Of a stretch of 64,000 bases of DNA, positions 46,684 through 55,053 are shown piece by piece; the stretch's first letter is position 1, and every line of letters starts with the position of its first letter. Origin of the DNA: a virus (lineage: Duplodnaviria > Caudoviricetes); the IMG/VR virus record IMGVR_UViG_3300032038_000073, positions 1,950-65,949 of that record. One strand, given 5' to 3'. Under the pieces are notes generated by a model. That model did not search any database and was not told where the DNA came from. It saw nothing but the letters and a program-made list of their open reading frames with translations. Made by a program: the position numbers and the translations under genes.

Positions 46684-49059
46684 ATGATTTCAGCCTCTAC
46701 CGAGTTTATCCAGGCATTGCAGGACAACCACACATTTAAGGTCAAGATTGAAGCCACGCTTACTGACGGCACACAACTCACCATCGAGAATCCCAACATT
46801 AAGATGGATTCTATGAGTTTCGAGAAGGCCGTGTCTGGCGATTCAACGTTTGATATTGGTTCCTTCATTGTCGGTAAACTGAACCTCACTCTTAACAACA
46901 TTCCTGGGACCTATAATGGTCTGGATTTTGATGGAGCGGTTTTTAGCCTGTACTTTGCTAACCGTCTCAACAATGCACTCTATCCGTCTGATGAACTTTA
47001 TCCGGGAACTGACCTTTACCCTGTTGAGATTGTCTCTCAGTACGTTCTCATTGGCACTTACACAGTCATTGACACTGATGGGCAGAACGGCGCATGGATC
47101 GCTATTACAGCCTACGACAATGCCTGTAGATTTCAGGCTCCGCTTTCCGATGTTAATGTTACCTTTCCGACTACGGCTTATTCGCTCGTCAGTGCCATTT
47201 GCTCTCATGTTGGTGTGACTGCTGCTACGATTCCTAATGCGCTTGCCAATATCACGATTCCTGCTCTTGGTGATGATGTTGAGCCTAACTGCCTACAGGC
47301 TATCGCATGGTGCGCTATGCTTATTGGCACAAACGCTACGATCAATCCGTCTGGTCAGCTTACCTTTATGTGGTACGATACAGCGGCCCTATCTTCTGTT
47401 CGTGCGGATATTGAGACTAACGGTTGGGATAGTGCGGACCTGAGTGCGATTCATGAGCTGACTGGCCTGATAGATGTGAGAACTATGGTCGATGATGTGA
47501 CTATCACCGGCGTAGCTGTCACTTATAACGATGCTGACGGTACGGCTATCACAACACCTATCTCTGGCTCGACTGGATATGTTATCAACGTTGCGGAGAA
47601 CGCTTTCGTTACTGCCGATAACGTTACTGCCGTCCTTGCTAACCTCGCATCTGCGCTTGTTGGCATGACATTCAGGCCGTTTGAAGTCACGATGATGTCC
47701 AATCCGATGTTTGAGCCGGGAGATATTGTTTGGTTCCATAATCGCAAGGGGCAGAAGTTCTTATCTGTTATCACATCTCTGTCCTCCCCGGTCGGCAATC
47801 ATATGACGCTTCTCTGCGGTGCTGAAACGCCCAAGAGACAGTCTACTATGGATTACTCAGCTACCACTCGTGTCATCCAGCAAACTAAATCCGTGGCTGT
47901 TAAGGCCCTTAATGCGGCTAATTCGGCGGCGGCTGTCGCTAATGCTACACGGCAGTATTTCTGGCACGATACGAATGGTGTCCACGTTGCTGATGAAGCC
48001 AATAACGCTACTTCTACTCGCAATACGCTTTGGAACAGTCTTGGTATGCTTTTCCGTAAGGGGGCAAATGTCCTTCTTGGCATCCTGACCGGGGCAACTC
48101 CAATGGTAGCTATTTATGATGGTGAGGGTAATACCGATGACCACATTGTAGCGAGTTTTGGAGCGGACGGAGCGGTTGTCGGCTATAGAGGGTCTACCCA
48201 TACGACTATAACGCCGGATAACTTTGCTGTTTCAAATTACGATGGAACGGAAACCGTGTTTGAGGTGGATGGCAGAAATAAGGCCGTTACTCTGGGAAAC
48301 AGAAACGCCACTGGCACAACCGGTCAGTTCTCGGCAACGTTTGGCACGAACAATATTGCAAGCGCATATTCCGGCACTGAAGGGACGGACTTAGGCAATG
48401 GGGCGATTGCACACGGAGTTCAATGCACGGCAAGTGGTGTGGGTTCACTGGCGGGCGGTAACAACGCTACATCAGGGATAAATGCACTGGCGCATGGAAA
48501 CGCCGTCACCGCATCAGGCAGAGCGTCAACGGCCTTCGGTCTTGGCACTATAGCAAATAACGCCGGGCAGACTGTAGTCGGCAAGTACAACGTTGAAGAT
48601 ACTAACGGTGATTACGCCTTTATCGTGGGAAATGGCTCAGCCTCCGCACGATCCAACGCTTTTGCCGTCACCTGGAATGGCGACATTGTTTTTGGCAAGT
48701 CCCCAATTAGCGTTGTACCTGGCTCTTCTGTTTCACTTGCATCTAATACAGCTACGACCGTTGCATACACAACACTTGATAAGGGCAATTACATCTTGAC
48801 TGGCGTTTGCCGTTTTGCCGCCAACACTGCCGGTCACAGAACATTACTGTTTAGCGCAAGCGGCGACAGTGTTTCTGCTTATGATATGTTTGCCGTTGAA
48901 CGCATTGGTGCTTCGCAAAATAGCGTGACCTATATGCAGATTTCGTGGCCTGTCGAGATTGCGGCAGATAATACAACGGTTTACCTCAACGCAATTCAAA
49001 ACAGTGGTGGTGCATTGACGGTAGATAATACCGGAATCAAAATTGCAAGAATTGGTTAA
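46684..49059 (+). CDS. baseplate hub/tail spike (Tal-like) with YadA/Hep-Hag-like repeats
   Basis: N-term hub-like region; AHGNAVTASGRASTAFGLGTIA repeats; VGKYNVED..YAFIVGNG. Confidence 0.75.
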   Translation: MISASTEFIQALQDNHTFKVKIEATLTDGTQLTIENPNIKMDSMSFEKAVSGDSTFDIGSFIVGKLNLTLNNIPGTYNGLDFDGAVFSLYFANRLNNALYPSDELYPGTDLYPVEIVSQYVLIGTYTVIDTDGQNGAWIAITAYDNACRFQAPLSDVNVTFPTTAYSLVSAICSHVGVTAATIPNALANITIPALGDDVEPNCLQAIAWCAMLIGTNATINPSGQLTFMWYDTAALSSVRADIETNGWDSADLSAIHELTGLIDVRTMVDDVTITGVAVTYNDADGTAITTPISGSTGYVINVAENAFVTADNVTAVLANLASALVGMTFRPFEVTMMSNPMFEPGDIVWFHNRKGQKFLSVITSLSSPVGNHMTLLCGAETPKRQSTMDYSATTRVIQQTKSVAVKALNAANSAAAVANATRQYFWHDTNGVHVADEANNATSTRNTLWNSLGMLFRKGANVLLGILTGATPMVAIYDGEGNTDDHIVASFGADGAVVGYRGSTHTTITPDNFAVSNYDGTETVFEVDGRNKAVTLGNRNATGTTGQFSATFGTNNIASAYSGTEGTDLGNGAIAHGVQCTASGVGSLAGGNNATSGINALAHGNAVTASGRASTAFGLGTIANNAGQTVVGKYNVEDTNGDYAFIVGNGSASARSNAFAVTWNGDIVFGKSPISVVPGSSVSLASNTATTVAYTTLDKGNYILTGVCRFAANTAGHRTLLFSASGDSVSAYDMFAVERIGASQNSVTYMQISWPVEIAADNTTVYLNAIQNSGGALTVDNTGIKIARIG

Positions 49060-49070
49060 GGAGGTACGCT

Positions 49071-50522
49071 ATGGCATTTAAACAGTACAATCTCTCTGAG
49101 GATGAATTGATCCGTATTGCCAGACTTTGCAAACAGGAACAGGGTTCACTTGCAGGAGCAAAGGCGGAGGCATCACTGGCGGCTAACCTTCTGGAAACTC
49201 ATTCCAATTATGCTAACAAGTATGGTAGCGACATTTACAGCTTCATGCGAAATGGCGGGTGGTTCTACAAAGCCGCCTACTTCATGGACAATGGCGAGGC
49301 TCCTGAGAAATATGTTGAGGGCATCCGGGATGTTCTTGTAAACGGCAACCGAACCTTACCTCTTGGAGTAGACGAACACGATTGTCTCTCTGATATTCGC
49401 TCTGTGAGCAATGATGGCGTGGAGTTTGATAAGCGGAATCGCAATGCTTACATCCCCAATAAGACCTGGATTGTCAATACGCTTGGCTCTCAGTACACAT
49501 TCTATTGTTTCCCGGCGACTGGTAGTGACCCATTCGGCTACACCAAGGCTAATGAAAAGTACATGGGATTCGATGACAACGAGGAGGAGACGATGGGCGC
49601 AGTAATGATAGGCTCCGCACGAATTGATGAAAACGGTCATGCTACCTATGGCAAGGCTGGCGACCAGACCGGCAAAGAAGTCAGCACCCAGGAATGGTAC
49701 GCTCACAATAAGTCGTGGATTGCTCTGAGGGCGAAGGACCCGGAAAAACGAGAGAAAATCGCCTACGCTATGCAAAGAGCATGTGACAATCCTCATATCG
49801 GTTATGACCAGATTCAGAGATACACGGCTTATGACTGGTGCAGGGCTCATGGTTCGTATGACCCTGCTACTATCACCGAAAATGTTGAGACTGACTGCTC
49901 TGCCCTTGTAAGGCTCTGTATGGCCTATGCAGGCATTTTCGTTGGTGACTTCTATACTGGTAACGAAGTGGCGGTTCTCATGGCTACAGGGGCCTTTGAG
50001 CGGCTTACAGGTAGCAAGTATAGCGATTCTCCTAACTGGCTCAAGCGTGGCGATATACTTGTTACAGCTACGAAGGGTCATACCGTTGTTGTGCTGTCTG
50101 ACGGCAAGTATGCTGATAGTAATACATCCTCTTCTACTGAGAAAAGTATTACAGATTGTATTGCAAAAGGTCAGACGGAAAGCATTAAATTCACTGGTCA
50201 TGGTATCGCCGTGGATGGTATTCGTGGAAGAGAAACCCAGGAACAGATGGCGAGGGTGCTTCAAGTCGCTATGAACTATGACTACGGCGCAAATCTTGTC
50301 GAGGATGGCATTTTCGGACCCAAGAGCCGCAGAGCGATCAAAGGCCATTATGTCAAGCGTGGCGAGATTCAGTATATGGTCACTGCTCTTGAAATCATCA
50401 TGTACCTGCGAGGAAAGGACCCTAACGGCGTTGAATATCCGGGCGAGTTCGGGCCGGGTCTTGAAAAGGCTGTCGGCATGAGTTATGTCGATGCAGATAC
50501 CTTCATTCGCTTAATATCGTAA
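49071..50522 (+). CDS. multidomain endolysin (N-terminal hydrolase-like, NlpC/P60-type peptidase, PG-binding)
   Basis: GYDQ...ETDCSAL...LKRGDILV...GHTVVV; LVEDGIFGPKS. Confidence 0.85.
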   Translation: MAFKQYNLSEDELIRIARLCKQEQGSLAGAKAEASLAANLLETHSNYANKYGSDIYSFMRNGGWFYKAAYFMDNGEAPEKYVEGIRDVLVNGNRTLPLGVDEHDCLSDIRSVSNDGVEFDKRNRNAYIPNKTWIVNTLGSQYTFYCFPATGSDPFGYTKANEKYMGFDDNEEETMGAVMIGSARIDENGHATYGKAGDQTGKEVSTQEWYAHNKSWIALRAKDPEKREKIAYAMQRACDNPHIGYDQIQRYTAYDWCRAHGSYDPATITENVETDCSALVRLCMAYAGIFVGDFYTGNEVAVLMATGAFERLTGSKYSDSPNWLKRGDILVTATKGHTVVVLSDGKYADSNTSSSTEKSITDCIAKGQTESIKFTGHGIAVDGIRGRETQEQMARVLQVAMNYDYGANLVEDGIFGPKSRRAIKGHYVKRGEIQYMVTALEIIMYLRGKDPNGVEYPGEFGPGLEKAVGMSYVDADTFIRLIS

Positions 50523-50531
50523 AAAACACTA

Positions 50532-50582
50532 AAAGGGGACAGTCAATGTCACATACGGCAAAGACTATCCCCTTATTTTTTT
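50532..50582 (+). terminator. terminator after lysin
   Basis: AAGGGGACAGTC...GACTATCCCCTT plus T run. Confidence 0.6.
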
Positions 50583-50649
50583 GCCTTAAAACGGATTGTA
50601 ACTTGTATAGATACTCAGAGCATTGTATACTGGTTACTGCGCTTCTTGC

Positions 50650-50693
50650 GACTTTTAATCAAGTTGTCCGGGGTTCGAATCCCCGATGCTTCA
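50650..50693 (+). other. attP core: 3' half of tRNA-Lys(TTT)
   Basis: GACTTTTAATCAAGTTGTCCGGGGTTCGAATCCCCGATGCTTCA has the anticodon loop and T arm but no 5' half; next to the integrase. Confidence 0.85.
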
Positions 50694-50801
50694 TTTTCTG
50701 AAAGCGTAAACTGTCCGGTCGTGGCGGTAAACGCTTTTTTTGTTGCCTTTTTCGTTCATAAACCGCTCATAAGTATAATTATTCACGGTCGTATACAGGT
50801 C

Positions 50802-50846
50802 TGACGTACTGCGAAAATTAGTACATGACGTACTGAAAACGTACTG
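50802..50846 (+). promoter_or_regulatory. integrase arm-type sites
   Basis: TGACGTACTG at 50802 and 50826, AAACGTACTG at 50837. Confidence 0.7.
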
Positions 50847-50871
50847 ACTGTGGTTCGCTTTTCTGGACATT

Positions 50872-51960
50872 TCAGAACAGGTTCAGGGCTTCTTCAACGC
50901 TTTCCCTCTCGGCTACAACGTGCGTGTAAATCTTGAGGATCGTATCTTCCCTGTCACCGACTAACTGCGAGACCTTCTTGAGCGAAATCTTAGGGACCTG
51001 GTAGCAAAGTTGCGTGACATAGTGGTGACGAAAAACGTGAGCCGTCAAATCATCGCCTATCTCATATCCAGTCTCCCTGAGAGCATCTTTAATCCTCGTC
51101 CACATCTTCGTATATGCCGAATTGGTGAATAACCGTCCTTCCTGCGTCACGAATATGGTGCTGTGCGTCCCTGAGAGCCTTAATTTCAGCTTTTGCGCTA
51201 TTCCTTGAGGGATTGGAAGTGTCCGGGTGCTAAGTGCCGTTTTAGGGGCTTTGAGGACGCTTGTGTTATTTACGATGGCAAGTGCCTTGTTAATCCTGAC
51301 GGTCCTTTTCTGCCAGTCAAAATCATCACCGGTCAGTCCTAATACTTCTTCTCTTCTCAGCCCACATCCATAAATCATGAGGATAAAAACCTCGTCAGTC
51401 AGGTAACGATAGGCAGCGGTCTTAACGGCCTTTACTTCATCGTCAGTCAAGGTCCTGCGTTCTTTGACCTGATGGCGGATTCTCGGAAGGGAACATATAA
51501 TGTCATCTGCCCTCTTAGCCGAAATCTCCTCGTCACGTACTGCCTGCTTTACGATCTGTTTTATGGTCAGGATAATTTTCTGCTGTGTAGCGGTATGCCC
51601 GGCCTGACGATTAACTATTCTCAGAGCATCACTTGGTGTCATTTCTCGCAAGATAATTTCATCAAACGCCCTCAAATGCACGTTAATCAGGTTTTCGTAC
51701 ATCTGCCTGGTATTATCGCTCGTCACGGCTTTATGCGATTGGAGCCATTGGCAGGCGTAACTGTAGAGGGTTAATTGTTCTTCATTCTCAGATGTTACCT
51801 CACCTGATAACTGCCTGAGATAAAGTTCAACCTTCACTTCAAGTTCATCCGCCGACCACGCTACTATCTGCTTATACACCTTCTTCCCATCTTTAAACTC
51901 GCCGGTCCAGATAGATTTACGGTATCGTCCGTCAGACTGGCGTTTCTTTCTCGCTCCCAT
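50872..51960 (-). CDS. int: tyrosine integrase
   Basis: YGCGLRREE, APKT, HVFRH, IYTH; likely start MGARKKRQSDGRY. Confidence 0.95.
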   Translation of the reverse strand: MGARKKRQSDGRYRKSIWTGEFKDGKKVYKQIVAWSADELEVKVELYLRQLSGEVTSENEEQLTLYSYACQWLQSHKAVTSDNTRQMYENLINVHLRAFDEIILREMTPSDALRIVNRQAGHTATQQKIILTIKQIVKQAVRDEEISAKRADDIICSLPRIRHQVKERRTLTDDEVKAVKTAAYRYLTDEVFILMIYGCGLRREEVLGLTGDDFDWQKRTVRINKALAIVNNTSVLKAPKTALSTRTLPIPQGIAQKLKLRLSGTHSTIFVTQEGRLFTNSAYTKMWTRIKDALRETGYEIGDDLTAHVFRHHYVTQLCYQVPKISLKKVSQLVGDREDTILKIYTHVVAERESVEEALNLF

Positions 51961-52083
51961 AGTCACTCCTTTCGTCTGTGACGCTCTGAGAGGGGCTACA
52001 ATCCGTTTTAGCAACATGGGTAATAAGATTGACCATCCCACAAGTTAGAAACGATTCTTGACGGTCTGAGAGGGCCTAAGTGG

Positions 52084-53169
52084 TCAAGTTGCCGGAGCAA
52101 GGACCTGTTTCCGGGATTCCTGGGCCATCATACAGTTTGGATGTTTGCCGATATAATATGCCCGGTAATCAATATCCTCGTCACTAATGTCAAGGTTCTG
52201 CATACGATAGTCACCAATCTGTAATATCCCATCGGTGGCAAAATGCTCCATCGTCAGCATATCCGTTTTTGGGATGAAGTCGTGAAGGTAATATTGTATC
52301 TGCCAGGTAATATCTTCGGTGCTTTTGTTGAGAGGCGTAAATCTTTCCTTGAGGGTGGCGTAAATATTTCCGCACTGTTTAACGCTCAGAACGTGATGGA
52401 TCTTATCGCAACGTAAGGCGATAGCTGAGAAGAAATACTCAACAAGGTACTTCATTGCGGCAAAATCTTCATCACTGGCAACCGCCCTTCTCATGTTTGA
52501 TAAAGTCTTTTTCAATGAGACATCAAAGTTCGAAGAGGTACGAATCGCCCGACAGGGTGATGATTTAGCCTTTATAATAGATTTAGCTTTTTTATTATTA
52601 ACCTCTAACTTATCATCAATACTTACGGTATTAGTAGTAGTCTCTGTAGAGTAATCTATGGTATTGGTCTCGGGAAAATCCCGACTTCCATCTCGGGAAA
52701 ATCCCGACATGGGAGAAATCAACGAATTTTGGCCTTTTGCATCATTTGGCGCATTTTCAGCGTCCGTTTTTTGCATCTCAGTGCCGGTTCCTGCAACGAT
52801 TGATGCAAGTTTTTCGTAGTTGATAGAGTACCAGAGAGTGCGGTCAAAAGAGGCGGTATTGTACTGAGCGGTAGCGAACAGTATGCCGTCCTTCTTCATC
52901 TTCACCAACTTTCTTTGGAGAAGGTCTTTACTGATGAACGGAAACTGACTGTGCCACTCTTCCAGGGAGTTGTATACCCACCACTTACCATCCTTGTAGT
53001 GCCTGTCTCTCTCCTTCGGTTCTTTCCACTTCTTAATCTGAGTGATCCAGTACTCAATCTGGTTGACAATGATTGCTTCGTGCAGTCCGATAGCGCAAGC
53101 AAGTCTCGGTCTGAACATAAGCACATTCGCATCGTTCAGGAAAATCTCGTCATAAGTAATTTCAGCCAT
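52084..53169 (-). CDS. second replication-initiator-like protein in the lysogeny operon
   Basis: LACAIGLHEAIIVNQIEYW...WVYNSLEEW..QFPF...YN...DRTLWYSINYEKL winged helix; internal repeats. Confidence 0.75.
   Translation of the reverse strand: MAEITYDEIFLNDANVLMFRPRLACAIGLHEAIIVNQIEYWITQIKKWKEPKERDRHYKDGKWWVYNSLEEWHSQFPFISKDLLQRKLVKMKKDGILFATAQYNTASFDRTLWYSINYEKLASIVAGTGTEMQKTDAENAPNDAKGQNSLISPMSGFSRDGSRDFPETNTIDYSTETTTNTVSIDDKLEVNNKKAKSIIKAKSSPCRAIRTSSNFDVSLKKTLSNMRRAVASDEDFAAMKYLVEYFFSAIALRCDKIHHVLSVKQCGNIYATLKERFTPLNKSTEDITWQIQYYLHDFIPKTDMLTMEHFATDGILQIGDYRMQNLDISDEDIDYRAYYIGKHPNCMMAQESRKQVLAPAT
52668..52708. repeat. two 18-bp palindromic iteron-like repeats
   Basis: TCTCGGGAAAATCCCGAC at 52668 and 52691. 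Confidence 0.85.
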
Positions 53170-53185
53170 ATTACCCTTTCTCCCA

Positions 53186-53563
53186 TTACCGGGAAAGCTG
53201 TTTAATAATCACTTCAACTGCAACAAGCGCATCGTTATCGAGTTTGAGCAGCATGTCCACCACCTTCTTGCATTGCCTGTCCCGGAGAATCTTTGTTGCC
53301 AGTTCGATTGCCTCTTTGGTCGGAGCTTTTGGAGGGTCCGTGTATGGGTTGCCCTCGTCCATAAGTTGTGTCATGGTTATACATAACCAGTCGCATATAG
53401 CCTGTAGTTTATCAGCCCTCGGAACCTTGCGTCCGTTGCACCAGTCGGACACCGTTGTCGCTGACACTTTCATCCGCTTTGCCATATCCGCCTGAGATTT
53501 GCCTTCTCTGGCCATATAGAACTTTAGATTCCTCGCAAAAGACGTTCTAAAATCTTCGTCCAT
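53186..53563 (-). CDS. cI: CI-like repressor
   Basis: SQADMAKRMKVSATTVSDWCNGRKVPRADKL; divergent from cro. Confidence 0.9.
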   Translation of the reverse strand: MDEDFRTSFARNLKFYMAREGKSQADMAKRMKVSATTVSDWCNGRKVPRADKLQAICDWLCITMTQLMDEGNPYTDPPKAPTKEAIELATKILRDRQCKKVVDMLLKLDNDALVAVEVIIKQLSR

Positions 53564-53605
53564 GTGCGCTTCACCTCCTTTTTGAACAGAGTTTCTTCAT
53601 ATAAA

Positions 53606-53692
53606 TAATGTACCACCATTTAGCATAAAAAGCAAGCATTTTGAAAAAAATTTCAACTTTAGGCTTGACATTACGCTAAAAGCTGATATAAT
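53606..53692. promoter_or_regulatory. divergent cI/cro promoters
   Basis: Rightward TTGACA-16-TATAAT (53665-53692); leftward TTGCTT-17-TACATT. Confidence 0.75.
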
Positions 53693-53771
53693 CACAACTG
53701 TAAGCAAACGACACAGATAAACAGTTAATGACAAAAACAAAACCATTAAAAACAGGAGGTGATTAGATCAA

Positions 53772-53987
53772 GTGAGAAGGATAAGTTTAAGAGGTTGGAG
53801 GGCGGATTGCGGACTAACCACAGAACAGGTCGCCGGTCTACTCTCTGTCAACAGAGGAACGGTTGAACGGTGGGAAAGTGGGAAGTCAGCCCCAACATAT
53901 CCGCAACTTGTCAAACTGTGTGAGATTTATAATTGCACACCGGATGACATACGCTTTATTGCGCTCGAAGAATCAACTGAAAGCTGA
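53772..53987 (+). CDS. cro: Cro-like HTH
   Basis: GLTTEQVAGLLSVNRGTVERWESGKSAP. Confidence 0.88.
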   Translation: MRRISLRGWRADCGLTTEQVAGLLSVNRGTVERWESGKSAPTYPQLVKLCEIYNCTPDDIRFIALEESTES

Positions 53988-54019
53988 CAACTAATCAACC
54001 AAAAGCAAAGGAGATAAGA

Positions 54020-54331
54020 ATGATTAAAGTAACAACCCGGAGGGGCGAAACAGACCTGAGCGTTATCGGCAGTCTCGAAGAGATTTGCGCTGACACGATT
54101 TCAATCGTGGTGGCTATCAGGAAGTCTCTCGCTGAACACGATCCTCGCATTGCTGAGCTGTATGAAAAGGCAACGAAGGACAAACTTATTGATTTAGCTT
54201 TCGGGCCGGAGGACAAGAAGGAAGAGGCCAAGGCTGATAAGGCCCCGGAGAAGGATGCTGAACCCGACAACGTAGAGGATGTGCTGAAAGAGATTGTTTC
54301 ACTCCTCGGTAAGTTAAATTTACTCAAGTAA
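54020..54331 (+). CDS. hypothetical protein
   Basis: 103 aa with RBS. Confidence 0.55.
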   Translation: MIKVTTRRGETDLSVIGSLEEICADTISIVVAIRKSLAEHDPRIAELYEKATKDKLIDLAFGPEDKKEEAKADKAPEKDAEPDNVEDVLKEIVSLLGKLNLLK

Positions 54332-54364
54332 CAATCAACCGGACACAAAGTAAAGGAGAACAAT

Positions 54365-54583
54365 ATGGCAAAGAAAATCACGACAAACTTTATTTCCAGA
54401 ATCATCAGCGCAACTTCCCCGGAGGAAATGCAGAAGGTGAAGGACGAGGCGGTAACGGCCTACAGGAAGATGATCCATGAGAGCATCGCTGACGCTCCGG
54501 CCTGCGACATTCAGTTTATCGCCCAGGCACTTGCAGACGAGACGGCGATGGTCATGACAAATGCTGCTGAGAGCATCGGGTAA
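54365..54583 (+). CDS. hypothetical protein
   Basis: 72 aa with RBS. Confidence 0.55.
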   Translation: MAKKITTNFISRIISATSPEEMQKVKDEAVTAYRKMIHESIADAPACDIQFIAQALADETAMVMTNAAESIG

Positions 54584-54800
54584 GGCAACGATGGACGGAT
54601 GGCATAACTTCCTTCGCTACCAGGTCCTTGTAGAAAATGGCAAGGTGGTGAGCATACAGTCTCCCGAAGGTGATGAATTTGTTGCTATGCAGGAAGTCCC
54701 GGAAGGTAAGCGAGTGGTCAACGGCCTGACACTGAAAGGTCTGAGGAGCCGGTGGGAAAGAGGAACAATCACCATCGAGAGAAAATGGTGGCGTATTTAG
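54561..54800 (+). CDS. hypothetical protein
   Basis: Coupled ORF, start uncertain. Confidence 0.45.
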   Translation: MLLRASGKATMDGWHNFLRYQVLVENGKVVSIQSPEGDEFVAMQEVPEGKRVVNGLTLKGLRSRWERGTITIERKWWRI

Positions 54801-55053
54801 GGGGAGAACATAAAGGGATGTTACCGAAACTCACAGCAGAACAAGCGAGAAGGAGAAGGGCTTTCTCAATCCTGCATGACACAGCAATCTTCGTCTCAGC
54901 CGAAATAGCACTGGCAATCTATCTGGTAAGCGGATATGTCTGCGACAGCTTCACGGTCGGTTGGGTCGTCAATGTTTTGGCTTTCAATTACGTTGCAATC
55001 GTGATTCTTAGGAATTTGGACTTCATAACAAGGAGGAGGAAGAGGAGTAGCAA

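Noticed and set aside
43726-49059. Diversity-generating retroelement or invertible tail-fibre cassette
   Set aside because: No reverse transcriptase, TR/VR pair, invertase or flanking inverted repeats seen.
50650-50693. Functional tRNA-Lys gene
   Set aside because: No 5' acceptor strand or D arm upstream; interpreted as the attP core.
53598-53625. Loose resemblance of array unit 1 to the cI promoter region
   Set aside because: About 10 of 16 positions in AT-rich DNA; not significant.
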